64,000 nucleotides of DNA from Azolla caroliniana (lineage: Eukaryota > Plantae > Polypodiophyta), in NCBI GenBank assembly GCA_043228905.1, contig JBHGNT010000005.1, positions 22,630,001-22,694,000 of the forward strand, given 5' to 3'. Under the pieces are notes generated by a model. That model did no database searches. It saw only the letters and a list, made by a program, of their open reading frames with translations, and was not told where the DNA came from. Shown one piece after another: positions 23,101-38,100 of this stretch. The number at the start of each line of letters is the position of its first letter. Positions within the stretch are counted from its first letter, which is position 1. Made by a program: the position numbers and the translations under genes.

Positions 23101-26100
23101 GTGTTGCATGATCCTTCTTTCCCAGTAAACCTATTATCCATAAGTTCTACCAAAAGGGACAGGTCAGAGACTTGGGACTAGCACATGGCATAATGGACTA
23201 TGGTATTTGGATCATGAAGGGCTGGATTCAGCATTAACATCTATGGTAGAGGGAACAGATGTAAGGGGATCTAAAATGAGTTGTGAGGACTTGTTGATGA
23301 TTTACCACCAACATATGGGACATACCCCTTATGGGGTTTTCAGTCGGGTATATCCACACATTTTTGAAAAGGCTGATAAATTGAAACTTGTTTGTGATGC
23401 ATATGAATATGGTAAGCTTACTAAAACCTCGAATTGGAGTTCAGGTCATAGGAGACCCCATGCATTTGATGTGATACACTCGATGTTTGGGGACCGTGTT
23501 CGACAAGTTCTATTAATGGATATAGATATTTTGTCTCTTTCATTAACTGCTTCTCTCGTGTTACTTGGTTATATTTGATGAAAAATAAGAATGACGTATT
23601 TGTTTACTTTAAAGATTTTCATAGAGCTGTTCAAACTCAATATGGTGCAGTAGTAAAGGTGCTGAGGTCGGATAATGGCACAGAGTATGCTAACATTACA
23701 TTTAGGGCATACCTGTCAGATCAAGGAATACAACATCAAACTACATGCCCATATACACCAGCACAAAATGGAGCAGCAGAGAGGAAGAACTGACATCTTC
23801 TAAAGGTAACAAGAAGCATGATGATTGCTATGAATGTCCCAACGCAGCTGTGGGGACAGGCAGTTTTGACGACTACCGCATTGATCAATAGAATTACCCT
23901 CTAGAGTATTGGAGTGGATGTCTCCATGTGAGTTGTTGCAAGGAGATAACTCTAGGATCCTTCCTTTGAAGGTGTTTGGATGTGTGTTTTGTAAAGGACA
24001 ATACACCATCTGTAGGAAACCTTGATCCTAGAGCTGTGAAATGTGTATTTGTGGGATACTCTGCCACACAAAAGGGGTACGTTTGTTGGAGTCAAATGGA
24101 GAAGAGATTATTTGTGAGCATGGATGTCCATTTCTGAGAGTCGGAGCCGTATTATAAACAAGAGGTAACTTCACCCTTTGATGACTTAATTGAGACTGAA
24201 AATATGGGGGAAGGAGATAATGGTGAGAGGATGCTAAAAATCAATTCCTTTGTTGATCCCTACACCAGCTGAGAAATGAGTGTAGGAGATCAGGAAGAAG
24301 GAGGATAAGAAGACGAGGAACCTGTATGTGTTGGGACTCAAGCAGAGGGGGAGCTAAAGGTGTATACCCAGAGGAAGACGCAAAAGGTAGGAAATATGAA
24401 CACGTCTGCAATGCCACTTGTGCCATCAAGTCCCATGTCCCGACTTGCCTCAACTTATGAAATACCTATAGAACTCCCAAACCCAGAAATCTCCGGTAAT
24501 ATGATTTCCTCTCCTTCTCCTATAGTGGTTGGGAGGACCTCTCGTAGTAATGCAGGAGTCCCTCCTGATCGTTATGGTTTTCCTCATGATATTGCTCAGT
24601 TTATCTCTTACATATCAGCTACACATAGAGCTGCTTTGGGACCTTCATATAAATCATCATGCTTCTTGTTACCTCTAGAGTATGTATGTTCTTCCTCTTT
24701 GCTACTCCATTTTGTGCTGGTGTATATGGCATGTAGTTTGATGTTGTATGACTTGAACGAACATTCGAGCTTTTAGTAAGCTTATCAAATTCACATGCAT
24801 CAAAAACAAGATTTGATTTATAAGCCTTTTCAAAAATGTGTGGATACACCTGACTCAAAACCCCATTGAGAGGTATGTCTCATACGTTGGTGGTAAAGCA
24901 TCAACAAGTCCTCACAACTCATTTTCAATCCCATTACATCTGTTCCCTCTACCATAGATGCTATTTGTTACACTTAAAGTGTATCCTATGAAAGATTTGG
25001 TGTGAACATTGTTATAATAGTGTGAACCTAGTTAAGTAATTGTTGGGTGTGAACACACTTAGAATAGTTTGAACCTAGTTAAGTAGTTGTTAGGTGTGAA
25101 GATAGTTATAATAGTGTGAACCTAATATAGTAACTGTTGGGTCTATAAGTCCTGTAGAAACTGGTTATATAAACCATTCTACATCTTTGTAATCAGTGCT
25201 CGTTTTTCCTAACCTACTATATTTCCTTAAGTCTTCTAAGTGGTCTTGTTGTATGAGAGTTAGTTTAGATCCCTGTCTTTTTCTACATGGTATCAGAGCA
25301 AGTTTAGTCTCTATCCTATCCTTCCAAATAGGCATACACAGAACTTTCTGTTATCACTTCCCACTAAGAAGACATCAAACCTCTCCATCTACAGCAACAA
25401 AAGTTTGAACAAAAAGCTGCAACAGAGGTGATCTTTCTCTATTTTCACATTTTCAAAAAGTAGATTACGAGCTGATTCTTCTGACTACGTGCACACCCAA
25501 ATCAGATTTTTGTTTTTGGATGTATAGTCAAAACAAATTTTGTAGCAGTCTCAAACCCTAACTGCACAGCAACTGCAACAACCAGTTTTTACCACAACAA
25601 AATAAGTTTTCAGCACATCAGAGTAACTCTTATCTCTCATCAATTGCTTCAATATTATATTGCTTTAGTACATTTTGGTGAATATAACCACCAAGTACTG
25701 CGATATCTCATCCATATTTCTTGCTTCTGCAATGGCTGAGCAAACTAGTATTTTCGGTATGCTTAATGCTGAAGACAAGTTGGATGGTACTAACTATCCT
25801 ATGTGGGCGTACATGATGAGACATGTATTGGTAGCAAAGCAGCTATGGGACATTGTCATCGGATCCGTTGAACGTCCAACTTCAAGTTCTTCTCCAAACT
25901 CTCCCTCCCATTCAGGAACAACTGACGCAAACAATGCTTCAAGCTCCACTCAACTATCCACTTCTTCACAACTTAAGTGGGATGGTAAGGATGCTCAAGC
26001 CCATGCTCCCATCGCATTATCGGTCAAATGTCACATTGTTCCACATATCCGATCTTGCACGACCTCAAAAAGTGCATGGGATGTGTTAAAGAACCTGTAT

Positions 26101-29100
26101 GCTCAAAGGAATGAAGCAAGAGTCAATATGCTTAAGCGACAACTTGAAGAAACAAGGATGCAAGAAGGTGAATCCATGGACGCATTCTTAACAAAAATCA
26201 AGGACTTCAAGGAACAACTACTCAACATTGATGAAGTGATTTCAGACAAGCAACTAGTTTCTAAAGTTCTTGCCACGCTTCCGGATTCATATCAAGGCTT
26301 TGCCACAACAATAAGGCTTCTTACAAGTGGTAAAGAGAGCTTCAGCTTTGATGAGCTAATCTCCCTTCTCTTACAAGAATTTCAATCTCGAGCAAATCGA
26401 GATATTCTTAATAGTGGTGATCAAGCCTTTGTTACCTCTTCCAAGTTCAAAGGCCAACAAGGACGAAAACAAAATAACCTTCTTTCTAAAGGCAATGTTG
26501 CCTCGACTTTCCATGATAAGAAGAAGAAGATAAGGTGCAATTATTGTCGTACGCCAAGCCATGACATTAGTGAATGTCGAAAAAGGAAAGCTAGTGAAGA
26601 GAAGAAAAAACAGTCTGGTCTTAATGTTACCACCTCTACTGGTACGAAGGTAGAAGCACATATTGCTCAACATGAGTGGGCATTCTCGATACATACAATG
26701 TATGATCCCTCAAAGGATGACGTATGTTTATCAGTAAGTGACTCTACGGATGATTGGTATTTTGATAGCAGTGCTTCTAAACACATAACTTGCAAAAATT
26801 TCTTTGTCACACTTGAAGATGCTTGTCATAAGGCGGGCACCATTACTTGTGCCAATAATGCTTCTTACATCATAAAAGGCATTGGTCAAGTTCATATTAC
26901 AGCTGTCAATGGAGATGTAGTCACGTTGAACAATGTTCTCTATGTCCCTGGCATAAAGAAAAACCTTCTTTTTGTTTCTACCATTGCTATGCATGGATAC
27001 CCTGTCCATTTTCTCTATGACAAATGCACAGTACATGATCGTACAAAGGGTGATATCATTGTCATAACAGGTAGTTTGTTCAACAACCTTTACAAGCTTG
27101 ACATATATCAGAAATTTGATGACCAAAATGCATTAGTGGTGGATGCCCAAACACAAAGCAATTCTGAACTATGGCATGCTCGGTTCGGCCATTTAAATTT
27201 CAGTCTAGATCCCTGTCTTTTTCTACACTAATGCCGAATCCAACCTTTCATGATCCAAATACCATAGTCCATTATGCCATGTGCCAGTCCCAAGTCTCCG
27301 ACCTGTCCCTTTCTCCTAGAATGTCACATTGGGAATATCAAAAGAAACAACTCATTTTAGTTGGAGTATGATAGAACTTATGGATAATAGGTTTACTGAG
27401 AAAGACGGAGCATGCAACACATTAGACAATGTCACAGAGTCGGTACATTTCACTGTACCTATACCAACTATAGATTGTGTTGTACCGTCAACAATTTGAA
27501 TGCTCTTTGGTATTGCTAAGTGAGTATATGAGGAGAACTTGCTAGCATTACCCGTCACATGCCTAGATGCACCAGAATCAATAATCCATTTTGGTGTAGA
27601 GGCAAGAGTATGCGTGTTACTAGTACCTTTGGCCGAATAAGCATAGGTAGTAACGTTACCCCTTGGCACGAATGGGGCTCTTTGCTTCCTCCTAAGTTTT
27701 TCTAGAGAGCTTGATCCTCTTCGGTGAACACCACCTTAGCTCCTTCCTCTTCTTCTGCTACCATCAGGTTTGCCTACTAACCTCCTCTTCCACCTCTTCA
27801 GGCCCCACGACCACGACCTCTAGTTTGTCCATGTCCTCCATATTTTGGAAGTCGAGGTGGTGGTTGTGTTCCCGTCACACCTCCAAACGGTACAATCTCA
27901 GCCTAATTCATGTACTTCACCAACGTTTTCACCTGATCCTAGTTCAATATTGACAACACCTCATCCATCTTCTCAACCTAGACTATCTCTACTCTCCTCT
28001 TCCGACTTCTTTTCTGAAGTCACCTCTCATTCACATAGCACTGTCATCCTAGAAGGAGAAGCCTCTCTTTCCTCTCTTGGAGGCTAGGACATTGCTGTTC
28101 CAATCATTGTTACACCAGCATAGGGACGGATCTAGGGTTTGGCAAAGAGGAGGATCTAGGGTTTTGCAGAGGGGCGGATCTTGGCTCTGATACCATATTG
28201 AAAAATGAGAAAAACACCTTTATTCTCAAGAATATACATACATGTCACAACAGGAGAAAGAAAGAAAGAAAGATATATTAACGTCTTTTAAGAGGCCAAA
28301 ATGGCCTATAAGACCAAATAAGAGATTACATCTTGAGTGTTGTCTCGTCTTTGAGAACAAATCAAAATAAAATAAATATAAAAGTAAATAAGATGAAAAG
28401 AAAAGAAACGACGGAATCTGGTTTTTGGCACATGTGGGATTCTCAAGTTAGGTATATTGTAGCTTCTTTCTTCGAAAGATCTCTAGCATAGGTCAATCCA
28501 GAATGGAAATGTCTCCGAAGCGAGGTAAGCACCTGCGATGCTGGGAGATAATGTGTTTTATCTGTCGATGACAAGGTTGTCAAGGTCGTGGTCCATGGAG
28601 TTGGGGCCTACGTGCACGGCAAATTGCTATTGCCCGATCAATTGTAACCCCTTTGTTATGTTGTGGTCTTGAGCCCATTTGTGTATCCCGTGATGGACTT
28701 GTAGCATTAGTTGGAGTGATGGGGCTAAAGAAAGTTGTGATTGTTCTTTGTGGATGAGCTTGTGTGGCTGTATTCTTCAACAACTTTTCCCGATGTCTCT
28801 TGAGCTCTAGCAAGAAAAGTCCTAGGCATCGTTGATCCTCATATTCCATTACCTTGCGTAGTGGGCCAAAGCCTTGTTTAAAGAGGCAATGGTATCTCCC
28901 TCTAATTTCATAAAAGACACTACAATGACAAACATAGTGTTCCTCATATTCCACTCCTTGATGACACAATTGGCCAATTCTCTCTTCTAGAGGTAGTTGT
29001 GTATATCTGCCTACCTCAATCTGTAGCTGATGTGATGAAGTTTGCAGCTGCCCTACCACACTACGCAGCACATAGGATAGATGTATGTCCATATACGGTG

Positions 29101-32100
29101 GCCTGATGACGAATCATCCTCCAATGTATGTAAGAAGTGTGTCTTATAGTGGGCCATCTTTGTACCAAGTGGTATTTTGGGGCTGATCCATGTTATCTTG
29201 TTTTTTAAGTTAATAATATCAATTTGGATCACTCTATTCTTTTCCACTTTGGTCATATTTAGGTGGGGACAGTCCAAGCTATATTGGAACAAGGGTAGTG
29301 CATTTATACTCATGCTATGTGACTCGAACCATTGCTGCATTTCAGCATACCAACAATGAGTGTCTCCATTTTCAGCCAATTGTCTTGATGACATAACCAC
29401 CAACCTTGGGTGCCTTCGTTTAGGGAGCTCCCAAAGTCGTTGGATAAATGTCACTAATCAGAACAATGCCTCGGTTATTATAGGTACTGCTCCCATCTCT
29501 GCCCGGATTATATCGTGGGGCACCGATACTTTGCTCCTTATCATGCAAGCAATCATTGACACTAAAGGTCTCTCTAAATCTTTCCAATGGTTTGCCTTGT
29601 TAAGACTCGGTCCCCATGTTTCTACTCCATAGAGAAGAGTTGGTGTGACAAGTGTATCAAATAACCATAGCTTAGTCCGTGGCTCTTGGAACTGCAAATG
29701 TGCACATTGTCTCTCGAGAGCACCAAGGGCTGCATATCCACGAGAAAGTCAAGCACAAGCAGCCTCCTGTAAGGAGAACCTAGGTCCTGTAAATGTTACT
29801 CCTAGGTATGTGTAGGAGCGTGTGTATTCCACCTTTTCCTCTCCCAAGAAGAATTCTGGTTTTGATCTTGTTACCCATGCTTGAGTGGTGTTAAACACCA
29901 TCACTTTAGTTTTGTCCATGTTGATTGACAAACCTTTGTCAGTACAAAATAGTTTCAAGGCATTTAGATGTCTTTGTAGTCCCTCCGGAGAGTCAGAAAT
30001 CAGCACAATGCCATCAGCATATAGTAATATTTGTATAGTTATACCTGCTAGGTGTGCTCCCGAACCCCCGAATCTCTCTATGTAATGTGATACCTCATCT
30101 ATATAGAGACCGAAGAGAGTGGGGGATAGTGGGCATCCTTGCTTCACTCCAATTGTGCTAGCCACCGCCTCTGACAAGCCCTTGGGAGACCGCACTTTTC
30201 TTGACATGGATTCATAGAGTGCATAGACTCCCCATTGCACATATGTAGGAACACCAAGGGCTTCTAGCCATTGTATAAGCCGAGCACGTGGCACAGTGTC
30301 AAAGGCTTTTCGGAAATCCACAAAGCAGCAATAAATCCTCTTATTGTGGGCTCTACCCTCAATAAGGGCCCGGAGGGTGAATATGTGATCCAAAGTTGTG
30401 AACCCCTTCCTTAAGCCTGCTTGTCCACCTGAACATCAGCCATTCTGCTCTGCCCATATACTCAATTCTGATTCTAGAATCAACCCATATAGTTTAGCCA
30501 AGTAATGGCCAATCATGATTGTCCTATAGTTGCTTGGCATCATGGGGTCTCCACTTTTGAGGATTGGCACAATGGAATGCTGAGTCTATCTAGTAGGGAA
30601 ACCTTCACACATGGCTCTATTAAAGATGTGTGCTAGCAATGGGAGCAAGGTGTCACGGGCATGGATAGAGTGCTCCAATCCATCATGATCTTGGGCCTTC
30701 CCAAATTGGAGTCAATCAATGGCATTTCTTACATTTTGTGGTGTAAAGAAGGTTGATTCATGTGGGCGTGGGGCATTCGGGTAGGGAAGAGGAGGTTGCC
30801 CCGGGATATCATATAGAACCTTTGCACATTCATGCCACACCTGAATAGTGACGACATTCAAGTTCACACCATTCACTTCAAGGGGGTTTGTTACACTTAG
30901 TGTTTATCCTATGAAAGCTTTGGTGTGAACATAGTTATAGTAGTGTGAAGCTAGTTAAGTACCTGTTGGGTGTGAACATACTTAGAATAGTATGAACCTA
31001 GTTAAGTAACTGTTAGGTGTGAATATAGTTAGAATAGTGTGAACCTAATTAAGTGACCGTTGGGTTTCCACCTACCTGTAGATACTGGTTATATAAACCA
31101 ATCTACATCTTTGTAATCACAGCGTGGTTTTTCCTAATCTACTAATTTTTCCTTAAGTCTTCTAAGTGATATTGTTGTGTGAGAGTTAGTCTAAGATCCC
31201 TGAATTTTCTACATGATCTTGGAATAGGCAATTTCTACACCAGTGCTTTTCCTATAAAATCTACTCCATGACCTTATTTAATTATGGGAATATGTACTGC
31301 AGTCAATTGCTTCCAGATCCCTTCCCTGGTTAATTTTGAGGTTTCCCTTTCTAGAAGGCTCTAGTTTACAAGGTTATTCCTGAGAGTTCACAAGATCAAA
31401 CCATGACAAGACATAAGAATAGTTGTGATTCATACAGTAATTACCAGAATGAAGTCTATAACAAATGAAAAGAGGCTTAACTGATTAGATCCATTATCAA
31501 ACCTGGATTCAAATAGGCACAGTTATTCACTTAAGTGAAGGAATGCCTCAGTATACAGAAGTCGCATGCAAGTCATTTGCAACGTATTTTAAGTGTTTAA
31601 AGGAAATTTGGAAACATATACAATTCCTGAAGATATTAATGACCATTTGAAACTTTATTCAGGTTAGAGCTTTATGTATTTTATTAAACTGTCTGGAATT
31701 ACCTTCCGGATTGCTGCCACATGAATACCTCCCTTGTGTGCAAAGGCATTAGCTCCAACAAAAGGCTGGGATGGGGACTGCTGCTGCCCTGCTATTTCAG
31801 CAACTTTTGCAGCAATAATTGATAACTTGGGAAGTGCAGTAGCTGGAATACACTTGTATCCAAGCTTTGCTTGCAAATTTGCAATAATACTTATCTGCAC
31901 AGAAAATATTAATGAAAAACTGCAAATTGATCATAATAGCTAACTAAATGATTGAACTCACAACAGTGCTTGTTAGCTGACTTTTCATGTTGGAGAAATT
32001 CTAAATTTTATTCCTTAATGGCCTAGAAGGATACATGACAATTCATATACCAGATAATAAGAATGGGCCATTGATGAGAATCACTGAATCAGGATTCTTT

Positions 32101-35100
32101 TTCTTGCATGGGAGCTGACATTAATATATAGTGCATAAGTGTGCAGGCAGAGAAACTTAATATACGGTACTAAAAAATCTTGTAATCTAAGAACTTAAGA
32201 TTTTGAGTTTTGATAAACAAAAATTATGTCTTTGTAAGATATTCAACATAGATGATCCAAGATGGAGAGATCTCCGACGCAAGGGAAGCACCTTCAGTGC
32301 TAGATCAAACTTGATGTTAGGGAATTTCCTGTCATACAGATTGATAAATTAATCAGAGAGTATTTTGGCCCGGCATGTATAGCAAGGTACGTAGAATCCA
32401 TACTGATAATGCTTTCATGAAGGAACCATTCATCATTACGGACCTTGAACATGATCCCACAATACCAAAGCCTTAATTTGTGTTACAAATGCATCCTTTA
32501 GCATTACCTATCACCTAGGTAGATCTCCTAAACCTGTAGTATGAAGCACCCTGATAGGGGCAGCTAGCAGAAAGAAATGCCAAAAAACCCTACCTTCTCT
32601 ATTGACTGTTCTCTTTTCCACATTCAGATCTTTTTGCATCTACTACAAATGACGTCCAGAAATATGCATTCTTATAAATTAATATAGGTTAAGCAAGAGT
32701 GGATGACACAGACTGTGATAGGGTTTACCAAGTTTGCATTCCCAGTCCGTTCTCCATAGCCATTTATGCATCCTTGAACAAGAGTAGCTCCACCTTTTAC
32801 AGCTGCTAGGCTGTTGGCCACAGCCATATCCGTATCATTGTGAGCATGTACCCCAATCTTGACAGTTGGCCAACTTTCTAATTCTCTCTTAACTATCTGT
32901 GTCACTTCCTGAAGAATACAGTTATCAAAAGCAGTTAGAAATTAACGATATTACATAAAATCAGAGAAACTTCCCTTTAATTTTTCAACATATTAGCAGA
33001 GGGTGATGTCAATGATATATCAATGTAGAAATGAAATCATATCATTTCACATTTTGGTTCTATTTGATTTTTTAACGCCCACAAGCAGGCCAATTTTGAC
33101 TTAATGTATCTTGAAATGAGTTCTTCCTAAGGATGGGTGCTCACTACTCTGTAGTAAAATTTTGTGTATGAAAATAATGCATGCAGATACATGCTCACCC
33201 TTCATGGTGATGATTTGAGTATGACATTTAAATTATCATGTTGTCTAACCCTCGCAAATTACCTTATATGTTAAGCATATGAGAACTGTTATTCATCCTC
33301 CACCAGGTTTTCATTGCATAACTTACATATCTTCATACTTCGTTGATTATGTCATGATGCAACCTCAATAACTGTTCAAAGAAGTGTAAGGACTCTCCAA
33401 GAGCCAAGGCACGTGGAGATAATAAGATGTTGATATGTTTTGGCATTTTTACCTTGTATTGGGGCCAAAATTAATGGTTAATTAATTGCAATGTAGTATT
33501 CCAATTTTGACATTTTAGCACCTTGCTGCTTCATCCTTCCAGCCTCTATTAATTTATACTCAATGATCACAAATACTTTGTAGCATCACATGAGAGCTCC
33601 AATAGATCTTCCACTCCCCATCTTTTAAACTATTTGATAATGTCAAGCACCTAGCCAGATGAGAGGATTTTGCTCTTGTTAGTTTTTTGTAACTTGCATC
33701 CTATGTTCGAGGCATATTTTGGCAATCTGTGATAGCATATATTCTTGAGTTTTGTGATATACTTGTCTACTCTTTGAATTCCTAACTTTGAATAGTTGGA
33801 AGCGATAGGAGAAACTAGAGTACATGCTGATGTAAAAGCAATGCATAGACATAATATAAAATCACGCATTGCTCATTGCTGATACAGCATTTGAATTTCT
33901 CATGCCAATACATACTCTATCTTTAGAAACTGATCATTCCTTTTCATATATGCTGGCTGAGTTCCTATCAAACCAGTGTCCACATTCACTGCAATTTTAC
34001 TTGTCAAATTTGAAGATTCTGTTGAGAAAATAAAATAAGCACAGACTATTTATCATAATATTTTCCTGGATTTCAGATTCTGTAAGAAAATGCTGAAGCA
34101 ATGTTTCCCATTCTGAATAAATGAACACCCTTCATTGGACAAGCCTATTTTCAAATGTCTTCTAATCCTGATTAATGCCCCAGGTAGTTGACAGTCCAAT
34201 TGATCTCTAACTCTGCTTAAAACATGTTCCCCCTGTTCTAAACATGCAAATACAGGTCCATGTCACCATCAACTGGCTATTCTACTGCCTTCTTTGAGAA
34301 GCACCTCAATCAAAAACATCGGCAGCTTAGTAAACACAACAGGTTGAATGAGCATAACATCTTCCCATCTCTTCAATCCAGATTATGCTTGCTATTGAAG
34401 GAATCATATATTTACATTAGAATTTTCCTCCTCTTTGATCCAGATTATTCATATGCATATCATTGAATCAGCAAAACACTATTGCTCCATTATTTGTCAA
34501 CAAATTTGATGTCTATATTACTCTAATACAATGTCTTTACAGAAGATTTCCAAATTTTACAAACTTGGAAATTTCTATGCCATTTTTTAATTTGATAAAA
34601 TAACTCAAATAGCTCCCTAAACATCTAGGAGATTATTCAATTCCGAATTAAATAATTGCTGCACACTAGTCTTTACCTCAATTTTCCATGGCATGGTCCC
34701 ACCATTTGTGTCACAGAGCACAACAACGTCTACCCCAGCATTTGCAGCAGCTTTCAAACAATCAATTGCATAAACTCTGCCGAAAAAATGTTTGCACAAT
34801 TTTCAGACAGTCATAAATTTGCATGCATAATCAATATCAAAATGTCCTACAAAGTGTATCCACAAACTAGATATTTTACATGAATGACAATAGAGAATGA
34901 TTTTTGGATGTAACCTGTTCGCAAAGAAACCATCATAAAAATGCTCAGCATCAAGCATGACTTCCTTCCTATGATCCTGGTGTGACGAGAATTCCAAGAG
35001 ACATGGCTAACTATCAAAGGTGATCAATATATTGTAGGTCCATGGTTATCATGTTGTTAAACAACGCTCACCTTTAAGTAGATTACAGTTTCTGATATCA

Positions 35101-38100
35101 TTCTAAGATTTTCATCTAGAGATGTTTCTAAAACTTGGAGAACCTGAGCATCCCATGCCTGGTACAGACAAGATAGTGTTAGAACACCGTCTCAAAAGTA
35201 GGCAAAATAGCTTATCGATTTTTCAATATCCTAGTCTTGTTTGAAAGAAGATCAAGAATGCTATGCCTCCAAAGTAGATTTATTTCAATTTTAGGGTACT
35301 CATTTTGGTAAAATAGGCCAAATATAGAATGATTGAATTAACATCTCCAAGACTAACAAGCAGTTTCAGGAATTAAACGATTGTCCTGAACCCTAAACAA
35401 GGCATGGAAATATGAACTACATATGAACTTATGAACGCAAGAACTTCATTTACCTTGGAAACTACTGTAATCACATCAGCATCACTTGCCAGCAAGGCTT
35501 GAATGTTTGCGTCCTACATATAAATCAGCAACCAAGAATTAAGACATAACATTCAAATGCAATGTTGCAGAAATCTTAATGGCTTGTACATCCAATATGA
35601 ATGCAGTCATAGTGTACATGAGGTATTGATACATTCAAAACACTTGAAGGAATCAATTTCACATAAAAGACCTACATTAACTTTGTGAACCTAAGTGCTT
35701 TGCATAATAGAATTGGTGCTGGAGATTCATTAACCAGAAACGCATGGGCTCAATAATTCAAGTCTCTTTAAAAATTGCAACTGCATTCCGTACAATTTTT
35801 ACACACAAAACATCGCGATTCTATCTTACAGTAAATGAATCTGCAGCAATGGCCACTAAAACCACCCAAAGCCACATAGAAATGCAATGGGGAATCTATG
35901 CACTGTACGAATCTGTGGCAAGAAAAGTGTGATCTCCCAATGAGTTGCCGAAGGCTGTGGCTAGCAGAATTGGAGTAAAACAAGTATGCCCACTATCACC
36001 CACTCTTCAGTTTCTACATAGATGATGTATCACATAGAGATTTGACAGTTCGGGAGCATGCCTAGAAGGTATAGCCGTACAAATATATGTTGATGACATC
36101 ATGCTGATCTCCAGCTCTCCAGACGGACTATCAAAGACTCTAGATACCTTGAAATCATTTTGTGTGGACAAGGGTTTGTCAGTAAACCTAGATGAAATTG
36201 ATGTGATGGTGTTTAATACCATTCAAGCATGGGTAATGGGATCAGAACCAGACTTCTTCTTGAGAGAGGAAAAGATGCCATACCCACAATCCTACACATA
36301 ACTAGAGGTAACATTCACACAAGGCCTTCGTTCTCCTTACAGGAGGCAGCATGCGCTTACGCAGCCCTTGGTGTTCATGAAAGATTGTAGTGTTTAATGC
36401 CACTCAGGCATGGGTAACATGACCAGAACCAGAATTCTTCTTGGGAGAAAAAAAGGCGGCATACACACGATCCTACACATACCATACCTATGAGTAACAT
36501 TCACAAGACCTCAATTCTCCTTATGGAAGGCTGCATATGCTCTACTTTCTCATGGATATGCAGCCCTAGGTGCTCTTGAAAGACAGTGTGCAGATATACA
36601 ATTCCAAGAATCATGAACTAAATTGTAGCTATTTGATACACTTGTCATAATGACTTCTCCACGGCGGAGAAACTTGGGGACTGAGACGTCACTAGGAAAA
36701 TAACTAGAAAGCTTTGGAGAGTCCTTTAGTCTCAGTGATTGCCTACATGATAAGGAGCAAAGCATGTAGTGCCCCATGATATAATCTGCGAAGATATAGA
36801 AGCAGCCCAATAATCACCAATGCATTATTCCAATTATTCACTGACACCCAACATCTTTGGGAACTCCCTAAACAAAGGAAATCAAGGTTGGCACAGAGAT
36901 AATCATTGTTGATATGCTGAAACACAACAATGGTTCAACTCAGAGGGCATAATCGTCAAGGCACTACCTCGATTTAAATAAAGCTTGGATTGTCCTCGTC
37001 TAGAATGACCGAAGAGGGAAAAAAAATAGAGTGATCTGAACTCTCTCTCTATATCAACAACCCCACAACATTTCCTCCATCACACCATGAACATTACCAT
37101 CATCAACACACCCTAATCATAAGCATAAATACACTACCCCCATTCCAATATAGCTTTATTTGTCCCCATCTGAACATGATCAAAGTAGAAAAGAATACAG
37201 TGATCTGAACTGAATATTATCAACGTGGAAAACAAGATTACACAGATCAGTCCCACTACAAGAAACTTTTTACACATGTCGGAGGATGGATTCATCATGA
37301 GACCCTCTTATACAGATTTACATCTGTCATATGCATCACGCAGTGGGATAGGGCAGCTGCAAAATTCATCAAATCAATTAGAGATTGAGGTGGGCAGATA
37401 TGCAAAAATACCTCTAGAAGGAAGAATTTGTCAGTTTCATCATCAAGGACTGGAAATTGAAGGAAAATATGTATTTCATTGTACTGTTTTTTATGAATGT
37501 AAGAGGGAGATACCATTGTCTTTGGCACACTATGCCCCCACTCCCAATCTATTGTTTTGTCACACTTAATCAAATTCTCCTAATTTTAGAACTTCCCTTA
37601 GTTACAACATTTGGACTTTTCTCACTGCTGCAACAAATTCTATCACCTCAGAATCTCAGACTAAATTCCTTGATTCTTCCAAGACTTAGAAATCAAACCC
37701 AAATGTTAAGATATGCAAAGGCTACATGCATGACATCAAGCGGTGGACAAATGACATAAGGGATTTCTATGCTTTGTTTTCAAAGAACTATGAAACTCAC
37801 TTCATGGCACACTGAGCCTTTTCTCCGAGTAGCACCGAATGCTGCAAGTTTTGTGTTCTTCTTACTCTTTTCGATATTCAATTTGCACACACTGAAGAAT
37901 TCTGCATCTTTTGGATTTGATCCTGGCCATCCACCCTCGATGTATTCCACACCTTAAAACAAACATTCTCATCTTGATTACCATAAAAAAAATCAAAACT
38001 TTTTCCCCACCACAAAATCTAAAGACCGAGCAACTGACCTAGTTCAACCAAGGCATCGGCAATCTTTAGCTTGTCTGCTAGAGTAAGAGAGATTCCAACC

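Noticed and set aside
24990-25140. Regular ~45-bp repeats here, at 30920-31065 and at 3440-3600, superficially CRISPR-like
   Set aside because: They are degenerate tandem repeats inside LTRs, with no unique spacers and no cas genes, in a eukaryotic context.
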